Of a stretch of DNA of 11,908 nt, positions 1-8,500 are shown piece by piece. Source of the DNA: an uncultured Verrucomicrobiales bacterium (GTDB taxonomy: Bacteria > Verrucomicrobiota > Verrucomicrobiia > Verrucomicrobiales > DEV007); NCBI GenBank assembly GCA_938091905.1, contig CALKOM010000208.1, forward strand, positions 1-11,908. The letters are read 5' to 3'. The position numbers and the translations under genes are program-made. The notes beneath the pieces were generated by a model. The model was given only the letters and a program-made list of their open reading frames with translations. It ran no database searches and was not told where the DNA came from. Each line of letters opens with the position of its first letter. Within the stretch, counting starts at the first letter, position 1.

Positions 1-53
1 GCCGCACAAAGTTCCGTCACCTGGTAGCCTTCTTCCCGCATTTCGTTGATCAT
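1..53 (-). CDS. IS3 transposase OrfB, N-terminal fragment (truncated by the window edge)
   Basis: The ATG at 53-51 overlaps the OrfA TGA (ATGA) in the -1 frame and reads MINEMREEGYQVTELCA. This resembles the usual OrfB start (MI...Y.V..LC). Confidence 0.75.
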   Translation of the reverse strand, partial: MINEMREEGYQVTELCA

Positions 54-328
54 CGCATGCCTAGCTGCGGGTCCTCCGCTAGGATGCTGGCGGCCTTTTT
101 TAGGATCTCACGCTGCCGTTTGAGGTAAGCGTTCTCGCGCTTCAATTTCTGGTTCTCGTCCCAGAGTTTCTTGGCACTCGCTCCGGGCTGGTTCTTCCAA
201 TTTCGTAGGCTAGCAACGCTAACGCCAAGCTCTCGGGCAACTTGGGAGAGCGGCTAGTGACTCGTCCTCAATAGGTCAACGGCTCCGTCTCGGAACTCCT
301 GTGTGTCGTTCTTTCTTCTCTTTGGCAT
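50..328 (-). pseudogene. IS3 transposase OrfA with an in-frame TAG stop at codon 25
   Basis: Manual translation gives MPKRRKNDTQEFRDGAVDLLRTSH*PLSQVARELGVSVASLRNWKNQPGASAKKLWDENQKLKRENAYLKRQREILKKAASILAEDPQLGMR*. It has the HTH motif VARELGVS..SLRNW and the zipper ENxxLKRENxxLKxxREILKKA. The internal stop is at 254-256. Confidence 0.88.
55..101 (-). promoter_or_regulatory. Programmed -1 ribosomal frameshift signal (A6G heptamer plus downstream hairpin)
   Basis: A AAA AAG lies at 101-95, followed by a 7-nt spacer. GCATCCTAGC can then pair with GCTAGG(C)ATGC (87-55). This is the canonical IS3 OrfAB fusion signal. Confidence 0.8.
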
Positions 329-362
329 GGTCTGTATCTGGTTGTGTCAGACCTATCAAGCC

Positions 363-387
363 GTGTCCATCAATTTGGGGAACTTCA
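363..387 (-). repeat. Left terminal inverted repeat (IRL) of the IS3-family element
   Basis: 5'-TGAAGTTCCCCAAATTGATGGACAC-3' on the minus strand matches the IS3 TG...CCCC...GGACA pattern. The partner IRR is outside the window, so the inner boundary is approximate. Confidence 0.75.
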
Positions 388-1150
388 GAAAGGGGCAGGA
401 ATTATCTTTGCCGACTATGCGGAATACTCGGTGGGTGACGACTTTCGCTCTATCGATTGGCGGATCTATGCAAGGTTTGAGGAGCTCATCGTCAAGCTCT
501 TCGAGATCGATGAGGATACGACAATCTACATTCTGCTAGATCAAAGTCATTCCATGCGGCACAAGTGGTTGCATGCGCGGCAGATGGCGGCGGCTTTGAG
601 CTACATCGGCTTGCATTGTCTGGATCAGGTTTGCGCCTACGGAGCGGCGGACAAGTTGCGCCCTCTGCTGGCGACTGCGAGGGGAAGGGGGAAAGCGTTA
701 CCTTTTCTCCAAACGTTTGAGCAAGCGGATACTTTTGGAGAGGGGACGGATTTCACAGCGTGCTGCCGTGAGTTTCAGGCGCGGCACCGCCGGCGGGGAC
801 TCGTGATGGTCATTTCTGACTTTCTCTTTCCTGGAGGTTTTGAAGAGGGGCTGCGCTACCTGCACTGGCATAAACACGATGTCTTCTGCCTGCAAACTCA
901 GGATGCAACAGACCGTGTCTGTGATCTCAAAGGCGATATCGAACTGGAGTGTATAGAGGCGGGGAGGCGTGAGCGCGTGACGGTCACTCCGAAAGAAGTG
1001 CGCCTTTATGAGGAAGCGGTTACTCAGTGGAATGCGTCGCTCAAAAATGCCTGCCGTCGGCGTGGGATCGGGCTGATCTCAACCACGACCGAGGTTGAGT
1101 TCGAGGATATTATCCAGAGCATCCTTCGCCGTGGAGGTCTTGTCGCGTGA
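388..1150 (+). pseudogene. DUF58 domain protein (MoxR-associated, vWA-like), 5' end interrupted by the IS3 insertion
   Basis: DUF58 motifs KGAGIIFADYAEYSVGDDFRSIDWRIYAR, MIDAS-like LLDQSHSM and VISDF are present. The first 14 codons of the ORF-track call (GTG at 344) lie inside the IS, and the native N-terminus is absent. Confidence 0.85.
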
Positions 1151-2876
1151 CCTTCCTGGCCCCGTTTTACTCTTGGACGTTTCTAGCACTAATCCCGCTG
1201 CTGGGGGGCTATTTCCTCAAAGTGCGCCCTCGACGCGTGACGACGACGGCTCTCTTCCTTTGGATGCGGATCTATGAAGAGAAACGTCGTACGGCTATCT
1301 TTTGCCGACTTCGCGATCTCTTCTCTCTCTTGCTCATCGTCGATCACTCCGTCTCGATGAGCGCGGGAGGGCGTGAATCGTCGCTCGATCAGGCGAAGGC
1401 GGAAGATCTAATCCGAGGATCGAGGGGCAATCAGCGGGCGGCTGCCATTACCTTGGCCTCTGATCTTGGTTTTCAGACGCATCTGACGGATAATCCGAGG
1501 GCGTTGCTAGATGCGATTGATCGCATTTCACCGTCAACGCTTCCCTTGAGGCTAGAAGCGTTGAAGGTGCTTGAGAAACCGATTGGTGGAGGATCGATTC
1601 ATCGCGTGGTATTTGTCACTGACGGTGTCACTAGGGATGAGGATTTGCCGACGGGAGTGGAAGTGGTTCGGGTAGGAGAGACTCGTGGGAATGTTGGCAT
1701 CGTCGCTGCCGATATGCAGCTCCTTCCTTCTCGTGAGCAAGGCCTAGGACTCTACTTTCAGTTGGCATCGTCGTTCCTTCTCGTGAGCAAGGCCTAGGAC
1801 TCTACTTTCAGTTGGCATCGTCGTTTGAGGAATCTCGCTCGTTTGATGTTATTGTCAGGCGATCTGGCGATGGTGTGATCGGAAAGCTGATCGAAGTCAC
1901 GGCAGACCCGGGCCTGAACGAGCCAGAAATATACACCTTGGTAGATGCAGAAGCGGGGGCTTGGGAACTTGAGCTTGATCTGAAAGATGCCCTCAGTGCT
2001 GACAATCGTGCTTGGCTGGTTGCTCAACAACAAGCGCCGGTGAAGGTGCGCATTGCGGTTGAGGAGGGTTATTTCATTGAGAAGGCCGTGTTGGCGTTCG
2101 AGGAACAGAATCGCTTGATGATGGTGGAGGAAGCTCTTGACGTCGTTCTGGCAATGGCCTCGACTCCGGATGCACCGAGCAGTCTTATCTTTCAGCCTGA
2201 TGGCACCTCCCAGTGGTGGCAAGGTTTGGGTGACGATATTGAGGAAGTCGTAGCCAAGGTTCTTGTGGGGGATCATCCTGTCTTGCGCTCTTTGGATGTT
2301 TCATCAATGCGATTTGTAGGTGCTCGCGATCTTCAGACGCCTGACGACGCGCTGGTGTTAGTGGAATCTGATTTGGGGGTGCCCCTGATTTATGTAGCCC
2401 GTGAAGAGTGTCGCGTTGCTGTTGTTGTGAACATGGATCCCATGGCCTCGAATTTCTATTTTTCAGCGTGGTTTCCCGTGTTGATACAGGGAGTGGCGAT
2501 GACGTTATCTGCGAGGGATTCGCCCCTGGCGTCATCTTATGTGGTTGGGAAGTCCGTTGCTCTGCCAGGATATGAAGCGGTTAGCCCAGTGGATGTGTTC
2601 TTACCCGGCGGACGGCATGTTGAGGAGAGCGGCCGAGTGTTCGGTCCGTTGACAGAGTTTGGATTTTATAGGATGACGCGCCCGAAGCAGGAGTGGGAAT
2701 TCGGTGTGTCGATGTTTCAGAGGGAAGAAACTTTGTTAGGTGCTGGACGGGAGGTCTCCTCGAAGGAGGTTCGTAACCTGGCTTCGGGTTCTCCACTTGC
2801 CTGGTGGCTTACGGTTTTTGCCATGCTTGTGTTAGTGACCGAGTCCGTGCTGTATCATCGGCGCAAGGTAGGTTGA
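1147..2876 (+). pseudogene. BatA-like N-terminal/vWA domain membrane protein, frameshifted into ORFs 1147-1797 and 1812-2876
   Basis: It has a BatA-type N-terminus (MTFLAPF...IPLLGGYFLKVRPRR...LFLW), MIDAS DHSVS and FVTDG, and a C-terminal TM helix with a basic tail (PLAWWL...ESVLYHRRKVG). The start overlaps the DUF58 stop (GTGA). Removing one copy of the 50-bp duplication restores a single 559-aa frame. Confidence 0.87.
1724..1825. repeat. Exact 50-bp tandem duplication (2 copies plus 2-bp TT microhomology)
   Basis: TTCCTTCTCGTGAGCAAGGCCTAGGACTCTACTTTCAGTTGGCATCGTCG occurs at 1724-1773 and again at 1774-1823. Confidence 0.98.
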
Positions 2877-2901
2877 ATCTCTCTTCGTGCAGATCTACAT
2901 T
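2873..2901 (+). promoter_or_regulatory. Putative sigma70 promoter, likely producing a leaderless mRNA
   Basis: TTGAAT (2873-2878), 17 nt, TACATT (2896-2901), 6 nt, ATG (2908). No Shine-Dalgarno sequence is visible. Confidence 0.55.
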
Positions 2902-2907
2902 GAACTC

Positions 2908-5055
2908 ATGCGTAGGTTCGGGATTCTTCTGCTCTGCCTCAATCTGTTCGTCCTGACCTGCTTCGCTGAGATCGTGGTGACGAGGGAGAGTTCAGGTTGG
3001 CGGTGTTACCCGTTGATGGGCAAGGTTCCAATTGGCTGGGCTGCCGTGGCGTTTGATGATAGTCGTTGGACGGGTGCCCCGGCTCCAGATGTGAAAGGCG
3101 TGCTCTTCCGCCGCCGATTTCATGTGGAGGACTTACCGTCCGTCGAGCGTGCTTTGGTCAAACTGCGTTTCCAAGATGGCGTGTTGGTTTACCTCAATGG
3201 TGTCGAATGGTTTCGTGCGAACATGCCTCCAGGTTTTATCGATGAGAGGACGCCAGCTGTGTCTGCTCGTGACGGAGCGGAGGCTCGGTCCTATGAATCT
3301 TGGAATCTCGATCCGGCCTTGCTAGAGGATGGTCGTAATGTGTTAGCCATTTCCGTACATAGCGGAGTCGAGGATCCAAAGCGGATTCTTAATATGGACT
3401 TGGACATGACGCTAGACCGGATGGATCAGGTGCTCCCTAAACAGCCGAAACGTGCAGGACGCCGAGTTTCATGGGAGCGGGTTGCAAGTGTGGCGAATGC
3501 GATTGGGATAGATTGGAAGGTGACTGCGTTTGAGTTCGAGGAGGATGCTAAAGAAGCCTATGATCGGGAGGATTGGAAGGCCGCCGCCGAGGCCTACACC
3601 CGTGGCTTGCTAGCCTACAAGTATGCCTCTCATGGGATGGCCTTGGTTCCTGAATTGAAACAACGCTTTCTGTCGGAGCCGACTCTGGCACGCGAGTTTC
3701 TTGAGTTGCTCTCTCCTCATGATCATCAGCAACGGGTTTTCGAGATTCTCAACGAACTCCATGCTGATAGCGAGACCAGATTCGCGGCTTACCCACGTGT
3801 CGCCTTCGCGATCGCGCTGGTCTATGATCAGGAACCGCCGTCTCGTTGGCCCCATGGCCAAGTTTCTAGAAAGGCCCTACCGAGGCGGCTACCAGATCCT
3901 ACGGAGGCGTTTGAGTTCTTCGTCAAGAGCGAGGAATCGGGCCAGATGTTGTTCTCCTTGGATCGCCTGATGATCGAGGAATTGAAATACGTTGTCGACA
4001 TTGTCGCTCCGTTCGAGGAACTCCGCTGGGCTCAGAAAAAGCTTCGACCGAAGAGGAGTTCGGTGGAGAAACTGTATGGGTCGATCATCTATGACATGGA
4101 GCGATTGAATCAGGGGCAGTTGTATTGGTTAGACCCAGATGACTACCGTTTGGAAACCATTCTCGATCGTGGAGGGATTTGTGCGGACCAGTCCTACTAC
4201 ATGACACAGGTAGCCAAAGCTTATGGCGTTCCTTGTATCACGGTGACGGGCATGGTGAAGAACGGTCGTCACGCGTGGGTCGGATTCATGGAAGGGCCTG
4301 GTCAGTGGAATTTTAAGGCTGGGCGGAGCGCGGAGTCGACGTATGCTGCGGGGCGCACCTTTGACCCTCAAAGCTGGCGGCGCCCGATGGAGTACGAACT
4401 TGCTTTCTTGAAAGAGCGCTTGGCCTTCGAGCCTAAGTATCGTTTGTCGATCCTTCATGGCTGTTTCGCAAGGATGGCTTTTCGGGAAGGGAATGATGAT
4501 CGTGCCCTAATGTTAGCGCGAGAAGCACTGATGAAAGATAGTCGAAATCTCGACGCTTGGGAGTTGCTCATGGATCAGACGGATGAGCCGCTTGCATTAG
4601 AAGCGCTTTGTAGGAATGCGGCTAGAGCGGTCCGCAAGTATCCTGATCTTGAGGCCGGCTATCTCCGCCGTCTTGTCAGTTTGTTGTCGAAGCGAGGTGA
4701 GGAGGTCGAAGCGGAACGCGTGCGCGGAGAGATTATTCGTAGGAATCATGCAGAGCGCCCCGACTTGGCGATGGCGGAAGCGTCGCGCGAGTTAGCCGCT
4801 GCTACTCGCGATCAACCTATTGATCTTCAGATTCGACTCTTCAAAAGGCAACTGTCGCAGTTTCGTGAAGGGGGGATGCTGACGATGAATCAGATGGTCG
4901 AGCCCTTCGTTCGACATCTGATTCGGGAGGGCGAGAAGGTCCTTGCGTTGCAAGCCATTGACCACGCTCGCAAACGTCTTGTCGTGACCCAGCCGGTATG
5001 TCTGGAGAAGGCGCTGACGGTTCTAGAGGCCCAGGCGTCCTCGTGGCGGGAATAG
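2908..5055 (+). CDS. Secreted protein: galactose-binding-like jelly-roll domain + transglutaminase-like domain + helical (TPR-like) C-terminus
   Basis: ATG 2908 gives a signal peptide (MRRFGILLLCLNLFVLTCFA) and is preferred over GTG 2887. Jelly-roll motifs are FDDSRW, FRRRF, DGVLVYLNGVE and GRNVLAISVH. Transglutaminase-like motifs are GGICADQSYY...AKAYGVP and HAWVGF. Confidence 0.7.
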   Translation: MRRFGILLLCLNLFVLTCFAEIVVTRESSGWRCYPLMGKVPIGWAAVAFDDSRWTGAPAPDVKGVLFRRRFHVEDLPSVERALVKLRFQDGVLVYLNGVEWFRANMPPGFIDERTPAVSARDGAEARSYESWNLDPALLEDGRNVLAISVHSGVEDPKRILNMDLDMTLDRMDQVLPKQPKRAGRRVSWERVASVANAIGIDWKVTAFEFEEDAKEAYDREDWKAAAEAYTRGLLAYKYASHGMALVPELKQRFLSEPTLAREFLELLSPHDHQQRVFEILNELHADSETRFAAYPRVAFAIALVYDQEPPSRWPHGQVSRKALPRRLPDPTEAFEFFVKSEESGQMLFSLDRLMIEELKYVVDIVAPFEELRWAQKKLRPKRSSVEKLYGSIIYDMERLNQGQLYWLDPDDYRLETILDRGGICADQSYYMTQVAKAYGVPCITVTGMVKNGRHAWVGFMEGPGQWNFKAGRSAESTYAAGRTFDPQSWRRPMEYELAFLKERLAFEPKYRLSILHGCFARMAFREGNDDRALMLAREALMKDSRNLDAWELLMDQTDEPLALEALCRNAARAVRKYPDLEAGYLRRLVSLLSKRGEEVEAERVRGEIIRRNHAERPDLAMAEASRELAAATRDQPIDLQIRLFKRQLSQFREGGMLTMNQMVEPFVRHLIREGEKVLALQAIDHARKRLVVTQPVCLEKALTVLEAQASSWRE

Positions 5056-5149
5056 TTGCAATTTGATGTGACTCTTTCTGAGCGAGCGCCTCTAAGATAG
5101 GGAGGCTAGACGGCCTCGCGCTTCTAGCACAAAATTTAATCACATCTAC

Positions 5150-5458
5150 ATGAAATCACTCTCTTTATTGGGCAGCCTTGCCCTCGTTCTTCACTTTGGC
5201 GCTTGCGCATCTTCTAGCGATATTACGGGCGAAGGCCTAAATGCCCCCACTGACACAGCTGTTGCGGCCACTCAGGGAGCCGAAAACTCGGTTGCACAAA
5301 CGGCGACAGACATGGCCAAGGATGTGGCTGTGGACACCGCCAAGCGGACGGCGACCGATGCTGCCACAAACGCGGTGACCAACCAGGCCGGCGGCGGTGC
5401 TGCCAATGCTGTGAAGACGGGCAGTCGTGCGGTGAATACCGCGGATGCCCTGCGTTAA
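5150..5458 (+). CDS. Small Ala/Thr-rich putative lipoprotein, 102 aa
   Basis: Signal peptide MKSLSLLGSLALVLH is followed by lipobox-like FGA-C19. The mature region is low-complexity, and there is an A/C-rich leader before the ATG. Confidence 0.75.
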   Translation: MKSLSLLGSLALVLHFGACASSSDITGEGLNAPTDTAVAATQGAENSVAQTATDMAKDVAVDTAKRTATDAATNAVTNQAGGGAANAVKTGSRAVNTADALR

Positions 5459-5569
5459 CAACGCTTTTCCGAGAACACCCACCCTCCCAGAACCAGCAGG
5501 TTGGACAGCTGTTTCTTTATACGCATTCCTTGGTTGGTTTCTGTTGGATCAATGATTTAGCTTCTAGCC

Positions 5570-8500
5570 ATGCATCTTCGTGTGGCGATCCTCTTCTTGG
5601 TAACTTTAGCTTCTACTCAGGCTTTGGAGAGCCTTCCTTTGCTGCGGAAGACTTCCAGCGGGAAGATTGGCTTCACGTCGCTCTCAGCCAAAGAGACGGG
5701 CGTTCAGTTTGTGGCTCCATTCGAGGCTGATCATTCGCTGAACTACCTTTACCACTCGGGATTTGCGTGTGGATCTGTGGTGCTCGGAGACATGAATTTG
5801 GATGGGTGGCCTGATATCTTCCTTGCGAGCGGACCATCGAAGAATGCGCTCTATCTTCAGGACGCTGAGCAGCCATTAAGCTTTAACGATAACGCGACCA
5901 ATTTAGGAGTCGACGGTGGCAACCGATGGGGCACCGGCAGTGCCATGGTCGATATCGACAACGATGGAGATCTCGATTTGTATGTCTGCAACTATCGAGG
6001 AACGCACGAGCTCTATGTCAATCAGGTGGTTCCGACTGGAAAGCTGTCATTCATCGAAAGCGCGGCGAAGTTTGGGCTCGACCTCGTCAATGCGAGCATG
6101 ACGCCGGCCTTTGCAGATATCGATTTGGATGGTGATCTTGATCTCTTCATGCTGAACAATCGTGTTGAGCGTCCCGGTGGGCGGCCGACGAAGCCGCCGT
6201 TTAGAAATGTGAATGGGAAGCCCGAAGTGCTCCCAGAGTTTGCTCCCTACTATCACTTAAGTAAGAAAGGGGATGGGCAAGGATTTAGCATGGACACCTA
6301 TGGTCAGCCGGATCGACTCTATCGGAATGACAAAGGGAAGTTCGTCGATGTCACGGTGAAGTCTGGTATTGCCGGGATTGGTCACGGGCTTTCTGCAACG
6401 TGGTGGGATTACAATCTGGACAACTATCCCGATCTTTATGTTGGAAACGACTTCACTGACCCTGATAGACTCTATCGTAATAACCAGGATGGCACCTTTA
6501 CCGAAGTGCTTGGAGAAACCATGCCTTACTGCTCATGGTCATCCATGGGCTCAGCTTCGGCAGATCTGAATAATGATGGCCTGCCTGACCTGTTTAGTGC
6601 GGATATGGCGGCGACTTCTCATTTTAAACAGAAGGTCAACATGGGGGACATGACTCAGCATCGCGTGCTGATGGAGACAGGTTGGCCACGGCAGGTGATG
6701 AGGAATATGCTGTATGTGAACACGGGAATTCATCAGTTTAAAGAGACGGCTTTTATGTCAGGGCTGGCGCAATCTGACTGGACCTGGGCTGTGAAGCTTG
6801 CAGATTTCGATAACGATGGGCGTAGCGATGTCTATCTGACCAATGGGATGGCGCGGAACTTTTCAGATTCCGATATTCCGGTGACGCCAGACATGCTTGT
6901 GGGTCGGACCGAGTTCGAGATCTACAAGGACACGCCGCCAATGTTAGAGAAGAATCTCGCTTACCACAATCAAGGAGGGCTTCTCTTTGAGGATGTTAGT
7001 TCTGACTGGGCATTGGATACCTTAGGGATGAGCTATAGCGCTGCGCATGGCGACTTGGATCGCGATGGAGACCTTGATCTTGTCGTGATGAATCTGGATG
7101 CTCCACTTGGTATCTATCGAAACGACTTCCCGACCGGAAATCGAATCGTCGTTCAGTTGGTGGGAAGTGTGAGCAATTCAGCAGGCTGGGGGAGTCGTGT
7201 AGAATTGAGGGCAGGCGGAGTGACTCAGACACGTTTCCACCACCCAACGACTGGTTTTCAGGGCGGCGATCTTGCCGAACTTCACTTTGGCCTTGGGGAT
7301 GCGTCTCAGGCTGACTCAGGGACTGTTCACTGGCCTAGTGGACGACGCAGTGAGCTTGGGATGCTGGAGGCAGGCCGTCGCTACATCGTGACTGAGCCTA
7401 GTGATGGCGCAGCGCAGCAGGTGCTGCGTGTATCTAATCCACTCTTTACTGAGAGATCGCGAGAGGTAGGTCTCCGCTACAAGCATGTGGAAACGTTGTT
7501 CGATGACTATGCTGTCCAGCCGCTACTACCTGGCAAGCTTTCTCAGCTTGGGCCGGGTATGGCGTGGGGAGACTTTGATGCTGATGGCGACGATGATGTC
7601 TACATTGGGGGCGCAGCTGGGAAAAGCGGGGCGCTGTTTCGATTGGATGAAGGCAAATTCGTTAGGGTGCTTGGCCCTTGGGCTCAGGATAGCCTGGCAG
7701 AAGACATGGGCTGCGTTTGGTTTGATGCGGATGTTGATGGTGACCTCGACTTGTTTGTCGCTAGTGGGGGCGTGGAGCACGCGTTGGGTAGTGATGCCAT
7801 GGCCGATCGCCTCTATGTTAATCGGGGGAAAGAGGGATTCATTCGAGATGGAGATGCCTTGGCTTCGGTGGGTTACTCTAGCAGTGTGGTGGCAGCGGCC
7901 GATGTGGATCGCGACGGCGATGTCGATTTGTTTGTCGGTACGCGATCCGTTCCTGGGAAGTATCCTCAGATGCCGCGGTGTCGTTGGTTGCGCAATGATG
8001 GTGGTCGATTCGCGAAGATGGAAGGGCCAGAGAATCTAGGCTTGGTCACTGGCGCGACTTGGGCCGATATGAATGATGATGGTTGGCAGGACTTGGTGGT
8101 GGTTGCGGAGTGGGAGAGCCCGAGGATTTTCATTTCTGATGGCGGGAGAGGTTTTAAGGATCAATCGGAGGCTGCTGGTATTGCTTCATTGAAAGGCTGG
8201 TGGAATGGTGTGGCCTCTGGAGATATTGATAGAGATGGCGATTTGGATCTTGTCCTGACAAATGTTGGCCTAAACACAAAGTATGGTCAGGCTTCTGCAA
8301 AGAAGCCGTCGCTTCTCTTTTATGGGGACATGGATGGTATGGGGACGGCTCAGATCATCGAGGCAAAGCCAGGTGATGACGGGATGCTTCCGATTCGCGG
8401 GAGGAGTTGCAGTTCTCGGGCCATGCCTTTCCTGGCAGAGAAGTTTACGAGTTATCGTGGGTTTGCGTCAGCGAACCTTGTAGGGATCTACACTCCCAAG

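Larger units (their letters stand above)
1..387 (-). mobile_element. IS3-family insertion sequence, left part (IRL + orfA + start of orfB), running off the window edge
   Basis: The minus strand begins at 387 with 5'-TGAAGTTCCCCAAATTGATGGACAC, a typical IS3 TG-start terminal repeat. It is followed by an HTH/leucine-zipper OrfA, an AAAAAAG slippery site and an OrfB start in the -1 frame. Recognisable DUF58 coding sequence resumes immediately at 388. Confidence 0.9.

Noticed and set aside
254..256. TAG in OrfA as stop-codon recoding or an alternative genetic code
   Set aside because: TAG ends other genes in the window normally (5055, 10248, 11451), so a nonsense mutation is the simpler explanation.
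303..539. 78-aa ORF with a poly-Ser run
   Set aside because: It is an off-frame reading across the IS/DUF58 junction.
1724..1825. Direct repeats as a possible CRISPR array
   Set aside because: There are only two adjacent copies with no spacer, they lie inside a coding sequence, and no cas genes are present.
5459..5569. Possible terminator or ncRNA after the lipoprotein gene
   Set aside because: Only an imperfect, long-loop complementarity (CAGAACCAGC with GTTGGTTTCTG) is present, with no convincing structure.
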